Below are positions 37,714-51,743 of a stretch of 64,000 bases of DNA, in pieces. A program made the position numbers and the translations under genes. The DNA lies in contig OZ024742.1 of the NCBI GenBank assembly GCA_964016885.1, forward strand, positions 208,258,001 through 208,322,000, given 5' to 3'. The stretch is from Eledone cirrhosa (lineage: Eukaryota). Position 1 is the first letter of the stretch, and every line of letters begins with the position of its first letter. Below the pieces are notes generated by a model. It was not told the DNA's origin. It did not search any database and saw nothing but the letters and a program-made list of their open reading frames with translations.

Positions 37714-38635
37714 TTAATTTATTTCTATTTTTATAAAATGCTCCGCATATCTCATTCTATTCTTCACCTTTTATTATTTTAATATTTTCTTTTGAATTTT
37801 TCACTTCTTATATATTATTTCCTCCCAAGTGACATTCCTATCTTTGATTGCCTCTCGAAAGTTTGATTTTCTCTCAGTATGTTTTATGTTTCATCTTGAT
37901 ATTTATATTATTTAGTATAAAACCGTTTCATCACTAGGTCCACTATCAGTGTTTTGATAATTCGTCTAGTGTCTTCAGTATTCAAAGCCGAGTTTCGCAA
38001 TAACCGACTATTGTAGATAGCGATTTTAAGACATAATCAATGGCATACTAAGCGATGAAACATATATTAATGATTGGATTAAAACCCTATTATATCGCTT
38101 ATCCGTGTTAATCATCATTTATTCGTTATTAATACTCCGAGAACTCCTAACTTCGGAACTTTCCAGAATCAACACTCCGGAAACCCAAGTATGCAAACCC
38201 AAGTATGAGTCAACTAACGCCGCACGTTGAAATATTCTTTTGTACATATTACTCGTAACCTAACCTTAGATAACCTTCAATGATATCTCGTTTATTTCGA
38301 TATATATATATATATATATATATTTAGCTTAGTGTAGATTGGAAGACATTTGCCCTTTGTGCTTCGCTGTTAGATCAATTCCCTATTCACTTCCTATTTG
38401 CTTCTCTCTAAAGTCCCTTATTGCAAAACATGTATGTTTTCTTTTTCTCTCTTTCTCTATCTTTCACACATCTTTTCGCCTTCTTTATCGACAATACTGT
38501 CTCTCTTCATCTCTCTATCGCTCTACTTCACTATAAAGTGTTTATGTTCCCTTCTCTGTATCTGTGTCTTTATCTCCCTCATTCACCCACATAGTATGCC
38601 ACTACGATTCTCTTAGGTCATGAAAATTGCTTCTC

Positions 38636-38916
38636 GTGAGGGACATAGAAAGGGTAAGAAATAGAAAAGATAAATAATTGTTTCTACTTTTGGCACAAGA
38701 CCAGCAATTATCCCAGTGTATTACTGGTACTTTATTTTATCGACCCTGTAAGGATGAAAGGCAAAGTTAATCCCGCCGAGGTTAACTTTGACTTTCATCC
38801 TTACAGGGTCGATAAAATAAAGTACCAGTAATACACAGGGATAATTGCTGGCCCTGTGCCAAAAGTAGAAACAATTATTTATCTTTTCTATTTCTTACGC
38901 TTTCTATGTCCCTCAC
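38636..38916. repeat. Inverted duplication of a SINE S1 3' half plus ~40 bp of flank
   Basis: Arms 38636-38770 / 38782-38916 with an 11-nt spacer and few mismatches. Confidence 0.9.
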
Positions 38917-40208
38917 TCTGACATGTATAAATTTCCTTCGATATACATGTCCCCCTATCAACTTCATTCTCTCTCTTCCTTTTCCCTCTCCCAGTCTCGC
39001 ATCCTACCCTTTCCATGCCGTGTCTCTTTTACCCACACCTTCTTAATCTCTTCCTCTCTCTTATATAATACTTCTCATTTTCTTCCCTGTTAACTACTGT
39101 TTCTCATATCTACCTCTAATTGATACTTCTTGTACAGCTTCACTGTCGCATATATTCCTTCTATTTAGTTAAGTTCTGTACGTACTTCATGTTTTTGGTA
39201 AACCTCTTCTCGGTTTAGTTTACTCTATGTTGTAGGATGTGTAATGTGTGCGTTACGTAGAAACTATTAGAAATGTTTGACATAATAGCACTAAATAGAT
39301 AACACATCGAAAGTTATAAATGAATGATTTATACATGATAAACAGAAATGTATTGCGAGCAGAAGAAAAGGGGAAGAGATGAAAAATATTGGGGAAGTTT
39401 GAGTAACAGGAGATAAGAAAGATAGAAACAAAATGAAGTAGAGAGAAAAATTTAAAAGTAAGACAAGTAGATGAAAGAGAAGTGTAAATAAGAGAAAGAG
39501 AAACAATAAAAAGAGAAAAACGGAACGTTAAGATACATTGAAGAATCTAGGAGAAAATTAGAGTTTCTACATATAGGTGTCATCTACGTTGCTGCAACCT
39601 AGATACCTCACGCCAGACATTAATAAGTTCCAAGAAAAAATACTAAGAAAATAACATAAATCTCGCAATTGATGGAGTGTTAGGTGTTTTCTTGCCTTGC
39701 TAGGAATACGAGCCAAATCATCTGTATGTACATGCTACTGAATTAAAAACGGGAAAACACATCGTATAATTCAGACCTAGATACATAATGCCCGAAGTAA
39801 GTATATGATCGTTATTACTGAAATATCTTGACTTAAATATATAAGTTTGATCAAGGATGCTTTACGCATATACAACAATAAAAGGAACAACTTCTGGTAT
39901 CAAAGCAAATATAAAAACCTTTATATGTTTTACTTAACAATTTTCACAAAAATACGGCATCTTTACCATAAAATACACACAGCTACAACTCGCTGTTAAC
40001 AAGGGATAATAACTTCATGAATGATTCACGTTATTCTGTTTCATCTAATATAATTTCTATAGAGACATAGCTAACGGAGACCTGATTCTATATATCATTC
40101 TATATATCAAGTCAGTCATCCTTGCGTAAATCGTCAGAACGTATGCAGTACCTAATTTCAAGATATTAACAGTTACATGCATGAAATTCTAATAACTATG
40201 TTACTTAC

Positions 40209-40322
40209 CTCTTGCCGAAAGCTTTTGATTGGAAGGTTTCTGCCAGGATAGATGCAAATGTTTGCCAGTTTCAGGAGGCATTCCTTCCACCGTTGTTTTG
40301 TGAACTGTGGTGGTAAGACCTC
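40209..40322 (-). CDS. Candidate 114-nt internal exon of an unidentified host gene
   Basis: Minus strand: T-rich tract..TGTGTAG|GAGGTC...CAAGAG|GTAAGT; length divisible by 3; two frames open; GC higher than the flanks. No homology recognised. Confidence 0.3.
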
Positions 40323-40671
40323 CTACACACATACATTATGCGATGCAATAAATAAAAAATATGTGAGGACAAATATGATGTGTGATCCTATAAATTCAAA
40401 GCCTGAACTCAGTCGGGCTTCTCTTGACTGGAATTCCTTTGAAAAAAAGATTTATTTGGGATAAGGGGTGCTAAACAACAATATAAATAGGGAAAACTGA
40501 GATCATTCATACTGAATTTTTAAACCGTAGTCAGTACGAGGAAATAGATAAGAAATGAAAATATTTGTGTAAGCCAGTAATTTAAGATTCAATATCTAAA
40601 AACAACAGCCGAGTCTTCTTTAAATAATTTTCTTTGGCTTTAAAAATGTTACAATCAATAATATCGTCATA

Positions 40672-40707
<36 letters not shown>

Positions 40708-40708
<1 letters not shown>

Positions 40709-40919
40709 CGAAGGAAATGTGGTAAGGAACCAGGTGGACCATAACGCACCAAAGTACTCAATACTTAGGGTAGTAGAGTGGGCAATAGGAACGAGTAGGA
40801 CCCCGACGGCTGAGCTCAAGCCGTTTCGACGGCTAATTCTGGACTAAATGAAAATTTTCATTTAGTCCAGAATTACCCGTCGAAACGGCTTGAGCTTAGC
40901 CGTCGGGGTCCTACTCGTT
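40708..40919 (-). mobile_element. Family B fold-back element in (TA)n
   Basis: 130-bp palindrome 40790-40919 (no spacer, 2 mismatches) plus the same tail as 19166-19243 in reverse. Confidence 0.85.
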
Positions 40920-40922
40920 TAA

Positions 40923-40962
<40 letters not shown>

Positions 40963-41017
40963 ATTCTTGTGTGTGTGTGCATGCATGCGTGTGTGAGCAT
41001 ATATATATATATATGTG

Positions 41018-41099
<82 letters not shown>

Positions 41100-41101
<2 letters not shown>

Positions 41102-41668
41102 CAAGAAACTAACCGAGCTATGTATTTACTGTAAACAAAGAGTTTAAAATGGTAATGTGGACGAAACAAGAGAAGAAATCCTTGATCAGCTGGTAACCAC
41201 AGATCATAGATGTTTCGGCGCTTAAAACAGAACATCAAAAGCGATCAGCGGCGCGCCCAATACTTTTTATCGATAAAAAGGCCATGAAGGAAAGCAAAGA
41301 AAAAAAGGAAAAGTAGTGAGGAGAGAGGAAGAAAGAAAAAAAAACGAAGTAAACAGAACGAATGGAGGTAGGGGACAGGACAATGGAATATGCAAGTGAG
41401 TAACCGAGGAAAAAATAGAATAGAATAAGTTACAGCGAATCGATTAGACTTAAGTCTTGTAGGGCAATAACTAGGAGCGAGGTAGTTCCGTGAGATCTCA
41501 ACAAAGTGAGGGTAGAGAGAGAGAAAGAGACGGAGCAACCGGAATTGAGAGGGGGCAGGAAAAGGGAGATAATACAAAAGAGTTTTACGACAGTTGTAAA
41601 ACGTGTCGTAAACGATCGAAACCAGAGGAGTCTTACGACATGTGTGAAGCATGTCGTAAACGAGCAGA

Positions 41669-41716
<48 letters not shown>

Positions 41717-41885
41717 GGAATGGAGAAAAGGAGAGAACCGATATGAAAGCGTGCTGGGACCGCTAATCGAGCAAAATAGGTAGAGGGGGGTTACAGCTGT
41801 AAATACAAAATTACATGAAACGAAGCGAGTTGTGTGGTTACTGTAAACAAAGTTTAAGGTGGTAATATGGACGAAACAAGAGTAG

Positions 41886-41890
<5 letters not shown>
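41100..41890. mobile_element. Element with ~80-bp terminal direct repeats between TA tracts (probable PLE pseudo-LTR unit)
   Basis: TTACTGTAAACAAAG..TTTAA..TGGTAAT.TGGACGAAACAAGAG.AGAAAT at ~41100-41179 and ~41812-41889. Confidence 0.5.
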
Positions 41891-41930
<40 letters not shown>

Positions 41931-42030
41931 TGCGATGAAATACCAATGATTGTTGGAAAATCACTGACGAAGGACTATTTTTATCATATGTAACCCATGT
42001 GCAAACCACGCAGTATTCTTCTTTCTTCTC

Positions 42031-42061
<31 letters not shown>

Positions 42062-42069
<8 letters not shown>

Positions 42070-42210
42070 TAGTGATATGGACGAACTGTTACATTTTCAT
42101 TACATTTATTGGCGTCCAACACACGTTTCATGATTGATCAGCTCAAGGTTCGATCTGTATCAATCGGGCCCGACTCTGATATCAAAAGCTCATCACACTT
42201 ATTTTATATA
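42062..42210 (-). mobile_element. Family E copy with an HHR-like motif
   Basis: Minus strand: GTGATGA-gc..(long stem II)..t-GAAA-CGTGTG-TT; homologous to 32.7-32.85 kb; ends in (TA)n. Confidence 0.45.
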
Positions 42211-42289
42211 ATTCTTTAGTCAGGGGATAATGTCCAATGTTCTTGGCCCTTGTCATAGATTCGACAAGAACTGAGAGTTGGATGGAAGT

Positions 42290-42480
42290 CATCTTCCTCC
42301 CGGAGACCAATACCGAATTCTCGTCTCATGCTTTAACAATTTGGTCAATCCACCATCCTCGACTGGTACTTTATCTTATCCACCTAGAAATGCTGAAAGA
42401 GAAAGTTGATCACGGTGGCATTTGAGCCCAGGTCTCAAATAGCCGTAAGAAATGTAGCTAGGCATTTTGTCCTATGCCCT
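42290..42480 (-). mobile_element. Old SINE S1-like copy
   Basis: GACTGGTACTTTATCTTATCCACC...AAAGTTGATCACGGTGGCATTTGAGC. Confidence 0.5.
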
Positions 42481-43647
42481 AATGTCTAATAATTTGCTGT
42501 CTAAATTAATGAACATTTTTTCAATGTGGTTCTCCAACGTGGTCTTCAGCATGATACCTAAATTAACTAAAAGATCATAACAGATGTGGTCGCAATTTTT
42601 CCCAGTAGTCGATTAAATCATGTAAAAACATATAGATGAGGAGTAAGTGTTTCCGAGTTTTTCGGGCGATGAAAACTAAAATGAAGCAAGCTATGATGTG
42701 AAATGAGGACATAGAAGGATTAATCCATATACATACCCCAATCGACTAGAAACACGTTATAGTTGGTTAAATCGATCCCATTAATCATTGGTAATTTGAT
42801 ATTGACCAGACCGAAAGGATGAGTAGCAATGTAGCATATCTGAATATAAAAGATAGGCTGGTCACAGATGGAATATATTTATATATAAAACTATTTATCT
42901 GATTTGACTCAACAATAAAATCATTCAATCAACTGGGAAGGCATCAGCAGAAATATGTGACAATATACTACAATATGAGTCGCCAAACTCTGAACATATA
43001 CAAAGTATAAGTAAGAAAGATTCTCCAGTTGACACTAAACAGATTTGTTTTGAGAAAGTAAAAAAATTCAAGAATATATAGAAAGAAGAAAGAAAAAGTA
43101 GGAAATCGTAAGAATTTACAGTTGTCTGAAATTACAGTGTGAACGAAAATAGCACAGGGGTGTGATGTACACCGGAAATGAAGCAGTCAACATTCTAGAG
43201 GGCGCACTTTATAACAGTCGGATGTGATTTCATAAACAAAATTATAAGGAAGAAAAACTTATAGAAGATGTTAACACTTCATAGTTGCCAAGTTATATTA
43301 AAGCTAAATTTTAACAGAAAATAACCAAAAATTCCGGCATTTCAGAATACAAAACAAAAACAACAAAAAATGGAATAATCTAAAAAAACAAAATGCTGAT
43401 GCACTATAAGCGATGTGTAATAAATGAATTCTTCTTCTTCTTCTTGACAGGGACGTGGGGGCAGAGTCCCCAAACACTCATTTCAGTAGGTCCTGTATTT
43501 TAAATGAGTAAAATTTTAAAGAGTAAAATGACAAAAATTACAAAAAAGAAACCTTAATTAATTCTTTGTTTATGCACATATATCTATGTATCCTACTCTG
43601 TGTTTGTATACAGAGACACACAAACGCTCACACACGGTCACACACGG

Positions 43648-43731
<84 letters not shown>

Positions 43732-43907
43732 CTCTATATATATATGTATGTATGTGAGTGTGCACGCGTGCGTGTGTGTGTGTGTTTGCGCGTGTGTGTG
43801 TGCGTGTGTGTGCGTATATCTATTTATATATAGGATAGATAGATACTAGTTAGAAAATGAGTGATGGAGGAAGCCATATACATACATATTTCATTTATTT
43901 CCTTTTT

Positions 43908-44545
43908 ATTTGGCTTCGTGAATGAAAATTATGAAGGGGATTGTCCACGTTAACAGCAGGCAGGCACGTGGCTGTTCAGTACAACATGGAACAGGTTGGC
44001 ACGTCTGCGGGGTTTTTTCAAGCGATGAGAGAGAACTGTTGGTGTCTCAACACCAGACACCATGCTTCTCAGCTCAGCTATGGTGCACTATATCCTGGTC
44101 AATGTGGCATGTACCAAGGTTTTTTTTTCAAACAGTTCTTGTATCGCTTCCTTGGTGACCCTGTCATGATGATGAGTTGAGGGTTCACGGTACAGCCTCA
44201 TCGCAGGCAGGCGATGATTCTTCACCCTCGAGACGTTGTCTGCACGGCGTAGTTTGGACTTCAGCTGCATGGCCTCGATGCTGGTGACCACCACCCGTTC
44301 AAGAACTTCAACATTGGTGACAAAGTCACTGAAGTGGATGTTGAGGATGGTGCGGAGGCAAAGCTAATGGAAACGCTAGAGGAGTCGAAGGTGGTGGTGA
44401 TATGTCACCTACGACTCGAAGCCTATAGGAGGTGGTAAATGTTATGGCTCTGTATACAGTAATCTTGGCACACTTCACCGGGTGTTTATTGTTCCACAGC
44501 ATTTGTACAGTCTGCCAAATGCATTGCTTGTATTTGCCAGTGTGT
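43908..44545 (-). mobile_element. RTE-BovB-like LINE 3' fragment
   Basis: SNAFGRL; RFH.LCLRTILNI...VTNVEVLER..SIEAMQLKSKLR.ADNVSRVKNHRLP; C-terminal CQTCSM Zn-finger-like end. Confidence 0.85.
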
Positions 44546-45217
44546 GAAAATTGTGTTCATAACATGTAATGATGTACTAATTTAGATGCTTGAAACCTTC
44601 GTTTGTGTGAAGCATAAGGTTGTGAACTAACTACTTTTCGATAACAAGGAATTTTAGTATATACAAATTAACGATAGTCAGGCTAGTTCAGATTATGTTT
44701 TCTGTTATAGAATCAAGTGAAAATGTATATAGCTGGAACCTTTAAAGTATCTTGTTCATATAGATGTGTTCTCCATCTATGATGCACTCTAAAAAAAAAA
44801 AGAAGATTTTTCAGAAAAATCTCAATACAGATGTCCCTTCTTCAGACCAGCGATGTTGTCCGAAGGAAAAGTAAGGACCGATACAACTTGACTCTAGTGA
44901 TGTTACAGACGATGCCATAAAAATGCAAAATGCCGGATATCGCAAATCCTCCATCCAATATTGTAACATTCCATATGTTAAAAATGGGTTTTCAACCTGA
45001 ATATGCCTTTCAATTTCAGTTATTAATTACTCCGTGATTGATTTACACATATCAGACAAATTTCGCAAAATTGAATAATTTGTAACATCACAAAGGCATA
45101 GTTTATTTGTTAAACAGAGTTTAGTTTATATCTATCATTTTACGCTGGACACCTATGTCCATATACCTGTCTATATACATAAATATATATTAAATATAAC
45201 ATCAACCTGTCATAAAA

Positions 45218-46130
45218 ATAATTGTTTCTACTTTTGGCACAAGGCCAGCAATTATCTCAGTGTATTACTGGTACTTTATTTTATCGACCCCGTAAGGATG
45301 AAAGGCAAAGTTAGCCTCGGCGGGATTTGAACTCAGTCCGTAAAGGGAGGTAACTGTGCTGCAAAGCATGGCGTCCGACCCTCTACCGATACTGCCAATA
45401 TACAAATAATGTTTCTATAAGCGACAAATATCAATCGCACTAAAGATGTCTCATTACTTTATTTAAATCTCAGCACTACTCTGTATCGTCAAGATGCTGT
45501 CTGAAATATGAATATTTAATGAAAGAGAAATGTCTCTTCATATTTTATTTCATTCCATCAAAAGACGAGTATTAGGCTAGTAATGCAAAAATCTATATTT
45601 TGCAGATCTTTTGAAGTTTGGAAAAGCATTCATATAAAACATGGACATATTAATAACTAAAACCTACTACGAGATGAATGGCTATGAAACGGGTCACATT
45701 TAGATTATTATAATTTTTACACTTTGGGATACAAACATTATCGTATTACAGCCCTTTATGGTCTGATCTGAGTTGAAATACCGCTGAGGTTAACTTTGCC
45801 TTTCATCCTTACGGGGTCGATAAAATAAAGTACCAGTAATGCACTGGTTAATTGCTCACCTTGTGCCAAAAGGAGAAACAATTATTCAGATATGTAAAAT
45901 ATAGGAATGTTCTTATGTGCTATTTGGCCAAAAATAAAAAGATAATAATTGTTTCTACTTTTGGTACAACGCCAGCAATTATTCCAGTGCGTTACTGGTG
46001 CTTTATTTTATCGACCCCGTAAGGATGAAAGGCAAAGTTAATCTCGGGGGGATTTGAACTCAGATCATAAAGGGAGGTAACTCTATGCTTCAAAGCATGC
46101 CGTCTGACCCTTACCGATACTGCCAATCCA
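45218..46130. mobile_element. Three SINE S1 copies (45218-45400 -, 45750-45885 +, 45945-46130 -)
   Basis: Core and tail matches. Confidence 0.8.
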
Positions 46131-46939
46131 ATATAAGCACACATTGTATGCTTCCGAAATGTCTTGACGTTCAGCTAAATCTTGCGCTTTCATGATTTGA
46201 TTAATTAGAGAAATATATGTCTATATCTGCCTATATAGGGAATTTACCAATATTTGGCATTACGTTTCATTTTCTTTATGGAGAACAGCGCGCTAGTTCT
46301 GGCTAAACTGGAGCACGTGTTTTCGAAAGCACGTTTTATACACTTGTCTGGACCTGTCACTAAATCTTTCATTTATTTAACATGGATCATTATATGTCTA
46401 TTTATTTGAATAAAAACAATTTCTAATAAACAATATTTCGTTATATACGCACATCTATTAAATCGCCGTAGGTGTAAAATCCCCCTAAAATCCTTCATAG
46501 AACCAATACTAGATGATACGAAAGCATTGGGTGGAGCGGGACCGATTTTGAGAAACCTTGAACAATTTCCCGCTCTCTCACTATATTTCATACACATATA
46601 AACAAATATATATGTGTGTTTGTGTGTGTGTGTGAGTGTGTAAAAGTATATAATTGCTGAGTCGTTAAGATATGGGATATAAAATGGAACAATAATTTCA
46701 CGGTTCGCTGCTGCTAAAATTCAAATCCTGCCGAGATCAACGTTGCCTTTTATCCTTTTGAATGTCGATAACTAAAGTGTCAATCCACTACTGGGGTCGA
46801 TTCTGTGAGAAATCAGCTATGCTTCGCCGTCAGAGAGAGGAATTGGCTCCACTGTGTTTAAAATGTCGTGACGGCACCGTTACGATTCCACCAGATGTTA
46901 ACAGCATTTTACACACACACACATACACACACACATAGG

Positions 46940-47009
<70 letters not shown>

Positions 47010-48170
47010 CCAGTGTGTGTGTGTGTGTGTGTACGTACATACATATGAAGCCACATAATGTTTGTCAGAGTGTACAGTATAAGAATCAAGCAGAACACAC
47101 GTACACAACACTACAAACTGAAACACATTCATACATCTCATATACACATCTACACTTTACGCAGCTCAAGTTTAATGAATTAACCTACCTGTATTAGGTC
47201 AATGAGCTATTTAACGTGTAGTTGAATATGAAATTTATTACATCATGATAGGAGATTTTGAATTGTATTTTTATAGCATTTTTCTTCTTTCAATTGGAAT
47301 TTAAATTACATAAATGGCCTGTCAAATGATAAATGAATAATCTTGTTTAGACTGTTTGGAATGAGAAAATTAGGATATTGGAACAAACCAAAACTGTCAG
47401 GATTTGGTATGTTGTACAACACTCTTGCAGTCTTTTGTGTTACTACTCATTGCAAGATTTTAAATCTTCTAAATCTTGGCCGTAGTTTGACACCCAATGT
47501 GGAAATACAAGTAAACACACACTTCTAAGTATGAAAATATCTGTAAGAACCAGGGGAGTAATGTACATTTCAGTGGCGAGCCAAAGTATTTCAAATGAGG
47601 TTCGTGCACATTTACATAAAGTTTACGTTGTTTCTTCAATGAAAAGCATACACACCAAATTAAATATACGATAGCATATCTAATGGTTGTAGCATTAAAA
47701 TTTAATACACTGTTAAAAGTGCAGCGAATAAAAAAGACTATTGTTAAATGATAAATAATATCATTTTTAAAACTTTCATTTGTTGCTTCGTTGTTGGGCA
47801 TTCTCTTTGATGTGTGGAGAATGGATTGCTACATAAAATTACAGAAATGTGCATTTATTGGCAGAGAAGAACAAGGTTTGATTAAAACTTAAATACTTCT
47901 AAGATGCCAACCGCAGGATATATAATCTTTGAATCTGAATAAGTAAGACGTTATTTTTTAATAAGAATTTGATAACAGAAAAATGCTTGTTTACCTACAA
48001 GATCTCAGGAAACCTAGTTTCTATTTCATACTTTAACATAACAAAAGCCATTAACAATACAATTGATTTGGGGTATTGAGCATATTCCTCAATATGTAAT
48101 TAAACAAATCATTAGACAGAAGAGCGCTATAAAAAAACTCATATGTGCGGTTTAGTATTGCATTATCAGA

Positions 48171-48290
48171 TGCAGGCATTGGAGAGCGGTTAAGATTTTC
48201 GCTTCACAATCATGAGATTTGAGGTTCAATCCCACTGCATGGCATCTTGAGCAAATGGCATCTTTATATAACCTTGGGTTGGCCAACGCA
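48171..48290 (+). mobile_element. Diverged tRNA-derived SINE head (OK-like)
   Basis: GCGGTTAAG...GGTTCAATCCCACTGCATGGCATCTTGAGCAAATG. Confidence 0.5.
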
Positions 48291-50105
48291 TCGGACTATA
48301 CCTGTAATATATTGTCCCACTGATTCTTCTTGGAGATTACGTTAAGTATATACAATTCTCTGCAATACGCAGAGTTATACGTTCATTCACGAGTTATACA
48401 TTCTGACAGTTGAACAACTGAACACTTATCGTCGATAACAAAGGAGAATCCATCATTGAAATATCACTAATGTTTGATCTGCTACCAACAATGGTATTTC
48501 TGAGAACGTTGAATTATACCGGATAATTAATGTTAGTATTAGAGTATTTATTATATATGGTATAATAAAGATATGTAAAAATTATCAAATGTCAATAAGT
48601 ACAGTACATACATCTGCAATTCAATAACTTAGAGGGAAGATGTTAGATGACAAAGATAAGGTATTTAGAAACAGAAGAGAAGTGCAGGGAAGTGTGTTGT
48701 TGTTTTGTTATAATCATTATTACCATTATTGGTAGTAACTGTTCAGCCATGAGCGAACAGAACTATCATCGATGGTGAGTCAAAAATGAAGGTTCAACAG
48801 GTCGTTCGATAGGATATTCATCTCAGTCACGATTTGAACTGAATTTAAAAGAAAAATTAACTAATTGAACTACATTGTTTCTATAAATAAGTAGACCTGG
48901 TGCTAGTTTCAGTCTTGTTAAATCCTGCACATAAGAGGATTCTATATTTCGACTTAAAATATATGTAAATCCGATTCACAGATATTACCAGTTATTAATT
49001 ATATATACATTCCACTGTTTCTTCTTTTCTCTTCTACTCTCTGTCTTCGCCTCTCTCATTTTATATATGAATACATCTCTCTCTCACACTCTCTCACACT
49101 CACACACACATATATATATATATATATTGAATTAAATTATGTACGCTTTTTTAAAGGTAGCACTATACCTTCATATACACCCCTTTTATGAAGCACGTTA
49201 TATTAGTGCTACAGCTAATTAATCCTAGCCAATCAATTTCACACTCTGTGTAAACGAGCATTTCAATCTAATGTTTCATACGCATAATTGCATATACGCT
49301 TGCAGCATACTTTTCCTTCAGTCCTGAGTGTCTGATATTCTCATTGGTTACTGTGATAGCTCTGTATGGTCACTGTTTCAAACATTCATATTGGGACTCA
49401 TGTATGTTTATTTTGCCTACACACACCGTTTATGCCTTCATATGCATTTCTTTTATACATATGTATATATAAATATATATATAGTTCTTTTATGTTTGTA
49501 TCTATATACTCGTGTCTACCTTACATGACTTTGTTAAATGTGTAACGTAAGGTTTGTGTACTGTAAAGTAAGTGTATCATAATTTCTAGAAACTACTTCA
49601 GATATGATCAGTTTTTAAAACAAAATACAGATCACGCAGGTGACGCTGTTACTACTACACCCCAAAACAGGCAGCTTCCTACAACACATTATTCAGAGAA
49701 ATTATCCAGCTAGTTGTTAATGTCCGTTTAACACATGCAACGTTCCTTCCCTGTCTATTCTGCAACTACAAATGTTTCAAGTGTATCTAATAGCCTGCGA
49801 AATATCTTCAGCCGTGCTCTATATAGCCTACTGTGCCTGATACAAACTTTTCCAAATGCCGACAGTAATGGAACGCTCTGAGACTTATTCTCTGTCCTCA
49901 TGTTTCTACACTCAGTAACATTCTCCCCTTAAAGTTCAACGTAAATCGCATCGACTTCTCTAATCCGACACTGTTTCCAAAATTATAGACGCCAGCTCAA
50001 CTGGGCTCATTAAAAAAGAACTCACATTCAGCTTTAGAATATGTAGCACTTTAACTGATATTTTCAGAAATTGAGCAAATAATTATCATTATTTCTAATT
50101 ATAAA

Positions 50106-50297
50106 GGCGGTGGATTGGCAGTATCAGTAGAGAGTCGGGCGCCATGCTTTGCAGCAAAGAGTTAGGGCCCTTTATGGTCTCAGTTCAAATCCCGCCAAGG
50201 TTAACTTTGCCTTTCATCCTTACGGGGTCGATAAAATAAAGTACCAGTAATGCACTGGGTAATTGCTGGCCTTGTGCCAAAAGTAGAAACAATTATT
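50106..50297 (+). mobile_element. SINE S1 full-length
   Basis: Head, B-box, core and tail. Confidence 0.85.
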
Positions 50298-51094
50298 ATC
50301 TCAAGGGTGCCTGGTCTACTGTATAAAGTTAAGTTTCAAATACAGGTTCCTCTTTGGCGTGGTGTAGAACTGCGGTTACCTCCTTTGGTGGTCTTGCACT
50401 CACCTAGGGGATTAAATTTCTACAACAAAAATGTCCCATCTATAATTCGCAGCGAGGGGTGTGGGGTGGGGGGGGGTCGTACGGAATATTCGGAAGTCTG
50501 ATTTCTTTGTTCTTTATATCTTGTTTCATCAGCTTTCTTCAAGACGTGCTTATGGTGAACACCTCTTAATTAGGGAGAAACAGCAATCTGAATGCCAAAT
50601 TGATAATTAAATCATCATTGCCGATGAATCGTTTAACCATAGCTAGAAATTTACTCAAACAGAAGATTAATGTCGGAGAACCGTCCAGCTACTTTTAATG
50701 TAGCTAGTCGTCTAATAACAGAAACATTGTTTAGTATCATATGCTCATATATACAAATATTAACAGATTCTATCCCATGGTTCCCTCTCTCTACATATTT
50801 ATAAATGTCTCTTTGTAAGTATATATCAGAGTCTAACACCGGAGGGTTATATCCATAGTGGTAGAGCACTCAGTCCATGGGACGAGTTTGGTAGAAGTAG
50901 TTCCACAAGAGTTAGTTAACCATACCAAGAAAAAATGTTTTACCTTATGCAGATCTTCAGCTCGGTCTGAGTGAAGTTGTACGGAAAAAGAAAGACAACC
51001 GTATGAATCTGCATGCGCAGAAACGGTCACTTCTCCTGGGCGATGTAATCCCACAGTCGAATAGTGTAAGGGAGATAACTGATTTCTCATTATT

Positions 51095-51130
51095 TCTTCT
51101 GATGAAGGATTTGCGTCCGAAACATTAAGA
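51095..51130 (+). ncRNA. Minimal type-I hammerhead ribozyme motif
   Basis: TCTT-CTGATGA-aGGA tttgcg TCC-GAAA-CA-TT-AAGA; ~85 nt upstream of a (CA)n(TA)n tract. Confidence 0.7.
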
Positions 51131-51215
51131 CCCTCTTCCTGCTATTTCAAGCGTTAACCTATTATATACCTTCCATAAAAGGTGCTGATTGTGTTGTTAT
51201 TTCTGTTTACCTTTT

Positions 51216-51281
<66 letters not shown>

Positions 51282-51287
<6 letters not shown>

Positions 51288-51743
51288 ATACTTTGGGAGG
51301 GTCATGTTGCCAATAAGAAACACACGCACCAGTTGCTTTCACTTCAATTTATTATATATTTATAAATTTATAAATTTACAAATCTACAAATTTATAAATT
51401 TCTGGTTGGTTGGTTGGTTCCACAACCAGATAGTCGTTTATATATAGTCATAGTCCTTTCGTCACACACTCTGTGACCTCTTCAGTGACTGGGGATTCCT
51501 TTCTTTGTTTCTGTGCCTTTCCTTTCTTCTGTCCTACGCCATTTTGTTTCTGTGTGTGTGTTGTGTGCTCAGTTTGCGCATGCGCCACATCCGGGTGTCT
51601 GTGTGTGTTTGTGTTCATTTATCTATTTGTTTATTTATTTATTGTGTGTTTCTTATTGGCAACATGACCCTCCCAACGTATAACAATATCAGTTTCAACA
51701 CACGATTTCAGATAAAGAATCTTGCTAAACAAATTCGGAAACG
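51282..51743. mobile_element. Family C PLE ends in inverted orientation within (TA)n
   Basis: Left arm (-) 51282-51495 carries the HHR; right arm (+) ends with ATGACCCTCCCAACG...CGGAAACGA then (TA)n. Confidence 0.8.
51446..51490 (-). ncRNA. Type-I hammerhead ribozyme motif
   Basis: Minus strand: AGTCA-CTGAAGA-gGTCAC agagtgt GTGAC-GAAA-GGAC-TA-TGACT; 5-bp stem I and 5-bp stem II. Confidence 0.85.

Noticed and set aside
41964-41980. CTGACGAAGGAC hammerhead 5' box
   Set aside because: No closing stem II or GAAA follows.
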